Source: an uncultured Planctomycetaceae bacterium
Lineage (GTDB): Bacteria; Planctomycetota; Planctomycetia; Pirellulales; PALSA-1355
Direction of reading: 5' to 3'
DNA length: 64,000 nt
NCBI GenBank assembly: GCA_963785305.1
Contig: CAWAUV010000004.1
Location: 352,001 to 416,000, forward strand
Every line of letters begins with the position of its first letter. The first letter of the stretch is position 1. A program made the translations under genes and the position numbers. The notes below the pieces were generated by a model, which saw only the letters and a list, made by a program, of their open reading frames with translations, searched no databases and had not been told where the DNA came from. Positions 10,931 through 22,081 of this stretch are shown here, in pieces.

Positions 10931-13235
10931 AGGCAACTTCGACGCCAACTTCGACGCAAAGCTCGCCGCTCGCCTCGGGCGACATGGCCACCGAGCGCGA
11001 AAGCTGCCGGCTGGCGGCGGCTGGTTCGATCGGCGCGGGACTCTTGGGCATCGCTTGCTTGGCGTGGTGCGCTCTGGTGCATTTACAGAGTAGCCCCGCG
11101 GAAATCGCGCGAGCGGTCGGCGGGGTGCTGGCTCTGTGGGCGCCGGTGGGATGTGTCGTCTATTTGCTACTCGCGGGATGTTGCACGCACGGAGCGAGCC
11201 GGTTCACGATGAGTTGGGTGGCCAGCTACACATTGACCACTGCCGCCCATGCCGCCGCGGGGCGCTCGACAGCCTTTGGCCAGGGTTGGACATGCTATTT
11301 TACGCCGGCCAGGCGATGCTCGTCGTAGTCGCGATGATTCTCGTCGCTCGCCGCGGCGGCCTCGAGTGGTTACGCAATGCGATCTCGCCGTCCAAATGGA
11401 CGCCGCGTGAATGGCCGCGGCCGTTGTTTATCATCGATGGCTGGCTGGTGCTACTCATCGCGGCGAGCGTGTTCATTGGCGATCGTTATAAAATCTTCGA
11501 CATTCCGCTGGCCGATGGCTCGCATCGAATCACGACCCACGGCGACACGTCGTACTTCACATCGCTCGCGCAGGAGCTCGATCGCGCCACGCCGCCCCGG
11601 CAGCAGCCCGCTCGCGCGGGGCTCAAGGAACGCGCCTATCACATGTTTCCGCATCTCACGACGATGCTCATCGCCCGCTACTCCGGCCAGCGAGACATGC
11701 CGCGGGCGCTTGGCCATTACGAATTCACGGTGGTCGAGGTCTTGCTGTGCTTGGTGTTCTATTGCCTCGGGCGTTCGGCCACCGGCAGCCGGCTGGCGGG
11801 CTATGTTTCCTGCTCGCTCGTTTATATTTTGGCCATTCCTCAAGCGCCGTTGATCACCAACGGCTTGTGCTACTTCTTCTTCACCTTTCACCCGCACGCC
11901 ACGAGTGGACTGGAGCCAGCGGCGCTTTGCAGTCCGCAAACCTACTGCGCGCTGCCGGTGGTGATGGGCACGCTGTTGGCGGCGCTCGAACTCTCGATGA
12001 GTCTCGCGCGCGAAGCCGGCTTTGAAGGCGCACGGCGCCGATCATCGGGTCTGTTGGCGATTTTGGTCGCGCTCTTGGCCGCGGCGACGATGCGATTTCG
12101 CGTGCAAACCTTTCTCGTGCTGTTTCCGGCCGTGATGATCTATCTCGGCTATGCGTGGCATGGCTCGCGGCGGCGCATGTTCGGCGCGGCGATTCTTCTC
12201 GGCGGATCGCTCGTGGCGGCGCAGCTCGGCGAAATGCGCATGGACGTCTATTACCCCGATTCGAGCCAATTGACGCTCGAAAACAACATGCTGGCGCATC
12301 GCTGCCATTTCATGAACGCGTGGCCGGGCGCCCAGGCACTCAAGACGCTGGTGGCCAACCGGTTCTCGGGCGACGCTTTCTTGTGGGCCTGGCAAATCGT
12401 GGGACTCGGGGGCTTCGCGTTGATGTCGATCGCCGGGGCGCCGCTCGCGCTCATGAGTCTCGTTTACTTTCTCGACCCGCGGAATTGGCGCGAGGGTCTC
12501 GCCGGGTATTCAGCCATCACGGCGATGCTGGCGCTGGGCGCGATCGTCGGCGGCGGCGCCTTATGCACCACCTACGATGTCTACTCCGTGGGCGGGCAAT
12601 CGCTGTATCTCGTCGGCTGGTATCTCTTACCGCTCGCGACAATGGGCGTCTGGCGACTCGTGGCGTTGTTGCCCGAGCGTGTTGTCGTCGCGGGTCGGCC
12701 CTTTGCGGCGCCGGCGGTCGCGGCGCTGCTCACGGCCGCAATAGTTTGGCAGCAGCTTCGCGCTCCAAGTCAATTGCATGGAGATTTGATGCGGAGCCCA
12801 TGTGTCGTGTCGGGCGATGAATGGACGGCAATGCGATTGATGCGCGATCGATTGCCGGTCGACGCGGTGCTGCTCTTCAATGCGCCGCATCTGGTGGGCG
12901 ATTTTTGCGTCGTGAGCGCGCTCACCGGGCGGCGCACGTTTCTCGAATATCTGTGCATGACCCGATTCTTGACCGGCGGCGCCGACGACAACAACGAAGG
13001 CCGCGCCGCGCGGCGCGACCGGGTGTGGGCGGCCCATGATGAAGGTGAATTCATTGCCGCCATGCGGGCGACCGGGGCCACGCATTTGATCGAGCATGCG
13101 GAATATCCGCTCCATGTGCGTTCGTGCGATGCCTTGGAGCTGTTTTGGCGGAGCGGCGATGGACGCGTCCAAGTGTGGAGTTTTCACGCTCCACCGGGCG
13201 ATCGGGGCGGCCCGCGACTGGCGGTCGGCAAATAG
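10927..13235 (+). CDS. Multi-pass membrane protein, GT-C-like (apparent indel near 11240)
   Basis: ATGA overlap with the upstream stop; many TM segments; HGDTSYF...YHMFPH loop; C-terminal soluble domain (SALTGRRTFL). Confidence 0.6.
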
Positions 13236-13466
13236 TCGTCGGCATTGCGGAGTCGCTGTTGCTTGGCATGATTTCGTCGTTTTGCGGTTTCGCGCGCGTG
13301 CGACCGGCGAGGATTGATCTTGCCGATCAGCGCGGCTCCGGGTACGGTTTGCGGCCCTCCAGGGAACCTGAATGCATTGCGCTCCGCGCGACCCTCTCCC
13401 CGGCAGCTTCCGCCCTGGCAAAGCCAGCGAACGGCGCCCTTCCCTTGAATATTGGAACGCATCATC

Positions 13467-15823
13467 ATGCAAGCGACTCATGCTATTTCCGACCGGCGAT
13501 GTTTTTGGGTGATGCTCGCGATCGTCTTGGGAATCGCGGCAAGTCCGACCGCGACGACGCCGACTTTTGCCGCCGACACGACCGCGCCGGCGACGGGCGC
13601 CAAGTCCTTGACCCAAGATGATCTCACGAAAAAGCGCGACGACACCGCCAAGGGAATCGCCCAGCTTACTCAAGACCGCGCGGCGCTAGTCGCCAAGTCG
13701 GCTCCGGCCGAGGCAATCAAACGCATCGACGACGAGCTCGAGCTGCTTGAATCGCTCGATCTGGTGCATGTGCAACATTTGGCGGCGCTCGATGAACATG
13801 CCGAAATCGATCAAGACATTCGCCGATTGGGAGAAGAGCTTGCGTCGCTACACACCCTGGGTCCAGCGGAACCCAAGCCCTATTCCTATCTCACTTGGGA
13901 CGAGATTCGCGATCAATGGGAAACCGCCACGATCCGCAGGCAGTCGATGCAAGCCGACACCGCCGCCGAACAACTTTTGCAAGCGGCTCGCGCGGCCTTC
14001 GAACACGCCGAGCACGAACGCCATATGTTGATCGACGCCGCGGCGGAGCATCGCGCTCAGGCCGAACACGACTTGCATTTGGCCGAACTGCGATCCAAGG
14101 TGGCCGACGCGACCGTCATGCTCCGCCGCGCCGAAGTCTCCCTGCACAACGCCAAGCTCGAGCGGACCAAACGTAACTGCGAGTACTTGGCCGAGAAAAA
14201 AGACATCCTCGGCAAGCAGTGTACTTTCAGCAAACACGATTTCGAGTCCCGACTGGCCCTGATCGCCAAAGCCGAGGAGGCTCTGCGGTCGCAGCTTCGC
14301 GAGACCGAACGGCTCTTGCAACAGCACGAACGGGAGCAAAAAACCGCCACCGAGCTCCTGAAGAAGGCCGGCGCCTCGCAAGATGTGATCGACGCCGCGA
14401 TCGACTCGGCCCAGATCGTGCGTCGCGGTCGCCACGAAGAGATTACCCTGCTCAACCAGCGGCTCGGTGAATTTCCGCACTATAAACATGTGCTCACCTG
14501 CCGCCATGACTTCGTAAACCACACCATGCCCGCTGGCGAGCTCGCCCAGTGTCGCACGGAAATGGAGGAGATTCTCACGCGACAGCAGGCGCTCGAAGCC
14601 ACCTGCGCCCGCCGGGTCGACGAATATCAAACGCGACAATCCTCGTTGGTCCGACGGCTGCACGAGCTGGATGCCACCTCGCCGCTCCGTCCCTGGTTGA
14701 CGATGCAGCAACGCGAGCTCAACTCGCTGATCGAACTGTTCGAAGCGAGCCTCGTGCAACTGCGAACCGCCGAGCGAAGCTTGCGCCGCTTTCTCGCGGA
14801 TATTTCGCCCAGCGTCACGGAATCGACCGGCGAGCGCCTCAAAGCCGGGTGGCAAATCCTCCTCGCGGTGTGGAACTATGAACTCGAGACCGTCGACGAT
14901 CGACCGATCACCATCGGCAAAATCGTGGGCGGATTGCTGTATTTCATCGTCGGCCTATTCCTGCGCGGGTCATCAGCCGAGTGCTCGGGCGCCGAGTGCT
15001 CACGCGGTTCGGGCTCAACGAGGGCGCCCGCAATGCGATTCAGTCGATCGCCTACTATGTGCTCTGCCTGCTTTGCAGCTTGGTGGCGCTCGATTTGGTG
15101 AATTTGCCTTTTGCCGCGTTTACGTTCTTGGGAGGAGCGGTCGCCATCGGCATCGGCTTCGGCAGCCAAAACATTCTCAACAACTTCATCAGCGGCCTGA
15201 TCCTCTTGGCCGAGCAGCCGCTGCGGGTGGGTGATTGCGTGAGCATCGACGGCGCCGAAGGCACGGTCGAACATATCGGAGCCCGCAGCACCCGAGTGCG
15301 CACCATGTCGAACCACGAAATCATGGTTCCCAACAGTAAGCTCCTCGAGGACAAAGTCACGAATCTCACGCTGACGAACGATCTGGTGCAGACCGCGATC
15401 GGCGTAACCGTGAGCGCCAATCTGGGCGTGCGCGAGGTGCGACGGCGGTTATTGGCCGCGGCCACGGGACATGCGGGCGTGTTGGCTGAGCCGAGGCCGA
15501 TCGTGCTCTTTCTCGCGTTTGGCAAAGACGAGATGTCGTTTGAACTCCGCTTTTGGGTGCGACTCAAGAATCTGGAGGAATGCCGGCTCACGGAGAGCGA
15601 TGTGCGCGAGGCGATTAGCGACTTCTTGAGTGAAGCCAATCCGACAACGACCGCCGTGAGCGGCGCCCTGAAGCCGGCGCCGATCGCGCCGCCGCAAACC
15701 GCGGCGATCGCCTCGCCGGCCAAGAGCAGCTCGGCGGTCATCCCCAGCTTGCCGGCCGCCAGCGCGACAAAAGGCCGCCCCTCGACCAACCAGCCGGCCG
15801 GTCCCTATCGACAGGCGGGGTGA
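13467..15823 (+). CDS. Large MscS-family mechanosensitive channel with periplasmic coiled-coil N-domain (indel near 14965)
   Basis: Signal peptide and long helical region, then GGAVAIGIGFGSQNILNNFISGLILLAEQPLRVGD and VPNSKL. Confidence 0.88.
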
Positions 15824-15888
15824 GCGGTAGCGAAGATATAACCACGAAAAGTCACGGAAAAAGCACGAAAGCTCCAAGCAGCTGCGCC

Positions 15889-18800
15889 TCAGGTATCGCG
15901 GGGCCACGCGACCGGCAAGGGGGCCCAGGTGATGTCGATGCGGGTTTGCAGCCGCGCGGCCATTTCCGCGTAGCCTCGGCGAAATTCCATGAGCGATCCC
16001 GCGACATCGCGCAAGCACATGTTTTCTCGCTCGCAGAAGATCGTGAGCCGAGGGTCGTCGTTGGCGACGATCATCGCCGGCTCTTGCAGATCGCGCGAAA
16101 AGAATTTCTCGAGATCCGGCCGATCCGCATGGTCGGGCGCAAGACAAACAACCGTTCCGCGGCGCCATCGACTTCCAACTTCGGCGCCGCCGCGGCCAGC
16201 AATTCCCGAATCGGCTCCGCGCACGGCGCGCGACTTGCCACACATATTGAGCAGCATCCGGCTCACATCGATCTGATCCAACGCGGCCCGTGTTTCACTC
16301 CACGCCGCGATCCGCAAGCGTCCGACCAACCCGGTGAGAGAGGCCGCCAAAGACTCGTCGCTCGGATACTCCTGGCGGCATTCGCGAAAATAGGCGGCCG
16401 GAAGCTCCGCGGCCAAGTCGGTCGCCATTTGAGCGATCCGCTCTTGGAGAAAAGCGCACACCGTCGCTCGAATTCCCGCCAAGGGAAGCGGACCCACGGT
16501 GGCGGCGCGGTGCTCGACATCGGGCCGGGCTGTCGCCGCCAGACGCCGCCGCACGCCCATGATCTCGGCGCGTAGTCTTGCAATCGCCTCGCGAGCCGCC
16601 GGAATCAGACTTCCGCGCTCGGCCCCGTCGGGAAGAAAGACGCAGCGTTCGAAATACTCGCGCAAATTCTGTTTGAGTTGCTCGTTGGCCGCGGCGCCGA
16701 GCCCCTGATCGACCAATTTGCGCACGACCGCGGCCGGGCGCTGTTCGCCCAACTGCAAGGTGTATCGCGGCGCGGCCGCGACCTCGGTCGGCTCGACGCC
16801 CAGCCAGCGATCGGCCGTGGCGCGGCATAGCTCATCGACAAAAGCCGCCGCCGCGTCGTATTCCAAATTGTCGACCGCATAGAGTCCCAACGTGCGCACC
16901 GTGAGCTCGCCATAGCTGCGGCCCGAGGCTCGCAGCACATCGAGCGCAACGCCGGCTCGAGTGGCGGTGGCCCCGAACAAATGGTCGGCCATGCGTTCCA
17001 ATTGATCGTTGAGCTCCGTCTGTTGGAGATCATCGCCCAAGTGAACGAGAAATGTCTCATCGAACGTGGGCACGATCGAAGGAAAGGCGGGCAATTCGAG
17101 CGCCGGCTCGCCGGGATAGCCGCAGCCCGGTCGATTGAAATGCGCCAACTCCGTGAGCAGGGCAAACGCATTGGCGCGAGCCAAATCCTGCGCGGCGGCG
17201 TCGCTGTCCGTGGCGTGGAGCAAGAGCCCGCGGAGAAGGAACTCGCCGATGCCCAATTCCCCGGCGAGCTTGCGGAGCGCATACGCGACATCGAGCGCCA
17301 TGCCGCTGCCGGTGCCGCCTCCGATCGCCGCGACCAACACGATTTGCGGAGCGCCGGAAAAATTTATGCCGACCGCGGCCGACGATTGCTTCAGCGAGGC
17401 CGGCGAAAGCATTTCCGTGATCGCGAGCCGCAGCCGTTCCATGACTCTCGGGCCATGGTCGGTCAGCGCCAAGCGACCGAGCGGGCGCCAGCCGCAGGTG
17501 CGCGGGACGCGAGGAATGTTGTATAGCCAACGGCGGCTGAGCCATTCGAGAATTCGCGGCGAGGCCTCGCGATATTCCTGCGTGGTTCTGAGCCTCAGTC
17601 GCAAATGTTTCGCGCGCGCGTCGCCATCGTCGACCGCCAAGGCCGCCGGCGCCGAGCGATTGTCGTCCGCGGATTCGGCCGCGAGCGACGCGTCGAGATT
17701 GTCATTTGCCGCGCCGCCTTGAATTTCGGCCTGTTCCGCGTGATCAAGGGTGTCGATCGTGAGGATTTGCCAAGCGGCGATGGCGTCGCTACTCGGGAAC
17801 CGGTCGCTTAGCCGCCGTTCGAATCGCTGGAGCACTTGGCGGGCGATACCTCCAATGCCCACGAACAGTGTCGGACGAGGTTCCCAGGTGACCTCCGGCA
17901 GTTCGACCGGCGGCAGTCGGCCGATCGATGCCGTGGCCCGAGGGCCGCTGGGCGAGACGCGTGAATCCGATTCGGCGGTGAAGACCACGGTCGATGCCTC
18001 GCCGATCGGCGCCAGCTTCGGGCGAGCTTCGGCCCCGGAGGTTGCAACGACGGTGGCCGGGTCCGCGGCGGGCGAGGAAGGGGCATCGCCTTTACCGGCG
18101 TTCGTGGGCCGCGCTTCGAAACGACGTTCGGCTCCAGTCGCGTGGCTTTCACGCGGCGACGTCTTGCCAACCGGCGCGGTGGCCGGTTTGTTCGCGCACG
18201 ATGGCACAATCCCGCCGACAAGCGCATCGATTAGGGCCCGGCAACTGGGGAAGCGTTCTTCGGGCTTGCGCGACAAGGCGCGTTGAATCGCGGGCCGATC
18301 TCCGGCCGAAAGTCCATCGAGGCGCGGAGCCGTGCCGAGCAGGTGAATCACGGCCACGTCGGCCGGCGACTCGGCGTCGAACGGCGGCTCGCCCGTGAGC
18401 AGTTCCGCATAGACCACCGCCAAACTGAACTGATCGCTGTAACGCGAGGGGCGGCCCTTGAAGACCTCGGGCGCGGCGTAGCGAGGGGTCATGCCATCGA
18501 CCACCGCGGCGGCGTCGTCGGTGAGATTTCGCACCAGGCCGAAGTCTCCCAGCTTCAGGCGCCCGCCGACAAGCAGCAGATTCTCGGCCTTGACGTCGAG
18601 ATGTTGGAGCGACTCGGCGTGATTGATGTAATCGAGCGCATCGGCCACGTCGCGCAGGTGATCGAGCAGCGCCTGACGCGGAAAGCCGACTTCGCCGGCG
18701 TCGCGGTACTCGAGGAACCGATCCTTCAGCGAGCCATCGGCCAATTCGCTGACGATGATCAATCTGCCGTTCGATATCTCGAATCGTTCGATCGAGATCA

Positions 18801-19014
18801 AGAACGGATGGCGAATCTGCTTGATGCGCTCGAGCGCTTTCAATTCGCGCACGGCGCGCGACTCGGTGTGGAAGCCATGCACGAACTTAATGGCCTTGGG
18901 CATGCCGCCGGGGGCTTCGGCCCGCCACACATCGCCATACGCGCCGCCGCCGATGCGCTCGATGAGCGTGTAGCCCGGTATCGGTTCGGCGCCGGTTTCA
19001 GATACGATGGACAT
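15889..19014 (-). CDS. Ser/Thr protein kinase fused to a tubulin/FtsZ-like (Tubulin_2 / FtsZl1-type) domain
   Basis: Kinase motifs IGGGAYGDVW, AIK, HLDVKAEN, DFG, APE; Pro/Ala linker; tubulin motifs LFVGIGGIA and GGGTGSG; C-terminal LQTRIDITW. Confidence 0.88.
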   Translation of the reverse strand: MSIVSETGAEPIPGYTLIERIGGGAYGDVWRAEAPGGMPKAIKFVHGFHTESRAVRELKALERIKQIRHPFLISIERFEISNGRLIIVSELADGSLKDRFLEYRDAGEVGFPRQALLDHLRDVADALDYINHAESLQHLDVKAENLLLVGGRLKLGDFGLVRNLTDDAAAVVDGMTPRYAAPEVFKGRPSRYSDQFSLAVVYAELLTGEPPFDAESPADVAVIHLLGTAPRLDGLSAGDRPAIQRALSRKPEERFPSCRALIDALVGGIVPSCANKPATAPVGKTSPRESHATGAERRFEARPTNAGKGDAPSSPAADPATVVATSGAEARPKLAPIGEASTVVFTAESDSRVSPSGPRATASIGRLPPVELPEVTWEPRPTLFVGIGGIARQVLQRFERRLSDRFPSSDAIAAWQILTIDTLDHAEQAEIQGGAANDNLDASLAAESADDNRSAPAALAVDDGDARAKHLRLRLRTTQEYREASPRILEWLSRRWLYNIPRVPRTCGWRPLGRLALTDHGPRVMERLRLAITEMLSPASLKQSSAAVGINFSGAPQIVLVAAIGGGTGSGMALDVAYALRKLAGELGIGEFLLRGLLLHATDSDAAAQDLARANAFALLTELAHFNRPGCGYPGEPALELPAFPSIVPTFDETFLVHLGDDLQQTELNDQLERMADHLFGATATRAGVALDVLRASGRSYGELTVRTLGLYAVDNLEYDAAAAFVDELCRATADRWLGVEPTEVAAAPRYTLQLGEQRPAAVVRKLVDQGLGAAANEQLKQNLREYFERCVFLPDGAERGSLIPAAREAIARLRAEIMGVRRRLAATARPDVEHRAATVGPLPLAGIRATVCAFLQERIAQMATDLAAELPAAYFRECRQEYPSDESLAASLTGLVGRLRIAAWSETRAALDQIDVSRMLLNMCGKSRAVRGADSGIAGRGGAEVGSRWRRGTVVCLAPDHADRPDLEKFFSRDLQEPAMIVANDDPRLTIFCERENMCLRDVAGSLMEFRRGYAEMAARLQTRIDITWAPLPVAWPRDT

Positions 19015-19108
19015 CTCGAATTCGCCTTCGCGTCGCGTGGGTCTCGGTGCGGTTATCGACGGCCGAAGCCGCGGAGCCGGCGCCGGGGCCGGCGGAATCC
19101 CCTGTCTC

Positions 19109-20455
19109 TCACAATCGGCCGCGGCTGGCGCCCTGAATCGCGGTGAAATAACTGCGAATCGCCAGATCGAAATACTCGTTGGTCATTTCGAGCGGAGCTT
19201 CGCGATAAGCGCAGTAATTGCGCAACTGATTCAATAGATCACGCGGATGGCAGCGGCGGAGCGGGCGACCGGTCGCGCGATAATGCGTCGCCAGCAAGTG
19301 CTCGACGGCCGCTTCGCGATACTCGACATTCGATCCGCGCCGCGTAGCCTTTCATAATTCGGCGAAATTCCTCCTCGTCGGGATCCTCGACGAGAATCTT
19401 GTACGGAATTCGCCGCAAAAAGGCTTCGTCGGCCAGTTGCGAGGGCTCCAAATTCGTCGAGAAGATTATCAACTGCTCGAATGGCGCCTTGATCTTCTTG
19501 CCGTTGGCGAGCGTCAGAAAGTCGTGCCGGTTCTCGAGCGGAATAATCCAGCGATTCAACAGCTCGTCGGGCTCGATGCGCTGTCGCCCGAAGTCGTCGA
19601 TCAGCAAGCAGCCGCAGTTGCTCTTGAGCTGGAGCGGAGCTTCGCTCACATGGGCATGTGAATCATGGCGAAGTTCGAGGCAATCCATCGTCATTTCGCC
19701 GCCCACCATGACGGTCGGCCTTCGAATGCGAATCCAGCGGCGATCGTGCTCGATCGAATCGCCCATCGCGCTTTGGGCATCGACCGCGTGGTGGTAAGTC
19801 GGATCGTGGAGCCGAATAATCTGACCGTCTTCGATGATCGAATGTGGAATCCAGATGTTCTGCCCGAAGCAGGCGGTCATGCACTGGGCCATGGTCGATT
19901 TGCCGTTGCCCGGGCGCCATGCAAAAAGAGCCCGGCCCCGCTGTTGATCGCCGGCCCGAGCGCGTCGATCAAGGCGGCCGACGCCGAAATCGTCGAGAAG
20001 GCGCGTTCGAGATCGCCGCGCCGCGGAGATTCTCCGCGAATCGACTGGGCGTCGCAGCTAATTACATAGTCGGCCAACGGCACCGGCGCGGGACCGACAT
20101 AGGCGCAGGCCTGTTGAATCGAATGAGTGACGGCGCGTCCCTGGTCGGTGAGCCGGTATACATAGTCGCCCAGCGGAGTGCTGCCCGCATGCACCAGCAC
20201 TTGGCGCGTGCGCAGCGTGTCGAACAGCGGTTGCAGGATTCGCAGCGAAAGCCCCAACTGCCGAGCGACCTGACTGCCGCTCGCGGCGCCGCTGACCGCC
20301 ACTTGCTTGCAAATCGAGCCTTCGAGGTAGGTCGCCGAAAGTCCTGTTTCGGCGATGCTCGTCGGCGCTTGCGGCACGAACGTGTCGCTGGCCAAGATCG
20401 CCGCCAAAACGCCATTGCTCTGGGGCGCCCATTTGCTTGGAACGCTGGTCGTCAT
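19109..20455 (-). CDS. P-loop AAA-type ATPase (indels near 19912 and 19320)
   Basis: Stitched Walker A LHGAPGNGKST, Walker B CLLIDDFGRQ, FSTNLEP, DEAFLRRIPYKI; N-terminal YVGPAPVPL motif. Confidence 0.82.
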
Positions 20456-21579
20456 GAGCTCTCCCCCAAGGTCGTCGCGGCCGGCGCTGCGCGACGCGGA
20501 ATCATAGTGCTCCGCCGCCTGGGGACGCCCGAAATGAAACCCTTGCGCGAAGTCGAACCCCAGCTCGCGACATACCGCCGCCTCGCTGGCGGTCTCCACG
20601 CCCTCGGCGAGCGACGCGATGCCGAGCGAACGCACCATGTTGACCAGCGACTGGAGCAAATGCCGTCGACTGTCGGGCGCGGTGTCGATATTGCGAATAA
20701 AGCCCATGTCGAACTTGATGAAGTCGGGCGGAATTTCGATCAGTTCCAGCAACCGCGATTGCCCGGCGCCGAAGTCGTCGTATGCCAAGCCCACATTCAA
20801 GTCTCGCAGCTTCCCGCGAAGCGCACCGATCTCGGCCGGGCTGGTGACCGCGGCTTCGTGAATTTCGAGCGTGAGCGGAACATCGGGATGCAAATCGCGT
20901 AAACGGGTCATCGACTCGAGCAACTGCGGGGTGCCGAGCTCGCTGGGATGGGTGTTGACAAACAGGTTGGGTAGACCCGCGAGGCGAGATCCGAGGCTCA
21001 AACCCACCGAGCGAAACAGCTCGCTCACATCGGGCTCAAGGTCGAACATGGCCGCGACTTCGAAAATCTTGGTTGGCATTTCCAGGCCGAATAGCCGACT
21101 GCGGCCGAGAATTTCATAGCCAAACAGGCAGTCGTCGCACATCGAAACAATCGGCTGGAAATGCGGATCGACCTGCCGCTCGATCAGGAGCCGATCAAGC
21201 TGCAAGAGCAACATGGCCCGGTCGCAATGGGTCGTGGCCACGGTGGCGGTCACCGTGCCGTGGCCATCGAATTGGAGGCGAAAGACTTCGGAGGCAAACT
21301 GAATCATGTCGCCATCGGCAAGGCGCAGTATCGCGCTCGACTGCGCTTGCCGTTGACATAGGTGCCGTTGGTGCTGCCCAGATCGCGAAGCCGCAGGCTG
21401 CCATTGAGCTCGAACAGTTCGGCGTGCTGCTTCGAGACATGCGCGACCGGCAGACAGAGCGACGCGCCCTGCTTGCGACCGATCTCGAAGGGCAGCGAGG
21501 TGATTGGAATCCGTTGCAAGGCGCCGCCCGCGCTGGCTTTGCCCACGAGCACCCAGTTCGCGGGTGCGTGTTTTTTCAT
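20452..21579 (-). CDS. FHA + EAL domain c-di-GMP phosphodiesterase (indel near 21340)
   Basis: FHA motifs IGRK, VSKQHA, DLGSTNGTYVNG. EAL motifs FQPIV, YEILGR, LEIHE, DDFGAG, IKFD, AEGVE, QGFHFGRP. Confidence 0.88.
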
Positions 21580-22081
21580 CGCTCGAACGAGTTAGCACTG
21601 GCATGGTGTCGAACACCCAAAGGTTTCTTGGAACCGCTGTAAAACCGCGAGCCAGCTTGCGCGAGGCGCGGCCAGGGGCAGTCCGGCCTCCAAGGGAACA
21701 TAGCTTGAGCCCGCTGCCCGCGGTTTCACCGATCGCGGGAAAGAATCGCAAAATAATCGCCTCGCGGCCGGCGAAACCGCGGATGGTATCCATTTCGCGG
21801 AATGCTCGGGTTGTAGCGGCTGCAATGTGGATGTCGAACGTCGCGATGCCGCGGCGGGGCGTTCTCCAGGGGATGTCGCGCGAACGCTGCTCGCGGTGAC
21901 CGGGCCACCAACGAAAATCGCGGGCGAATTTCTTGCATTTGCGACATGGGCCGCGCACACTGAAGACCCACTCGGCAAACGTCGGGCGCCGCCATCCGAG
22001 CGCCCGGATTGAGATTTTGCCGGAATTCCCCGCTCGGATCGCTTCCCGCCGCGCACCTTGTTTTTGCAAAGGAACTCCTCG

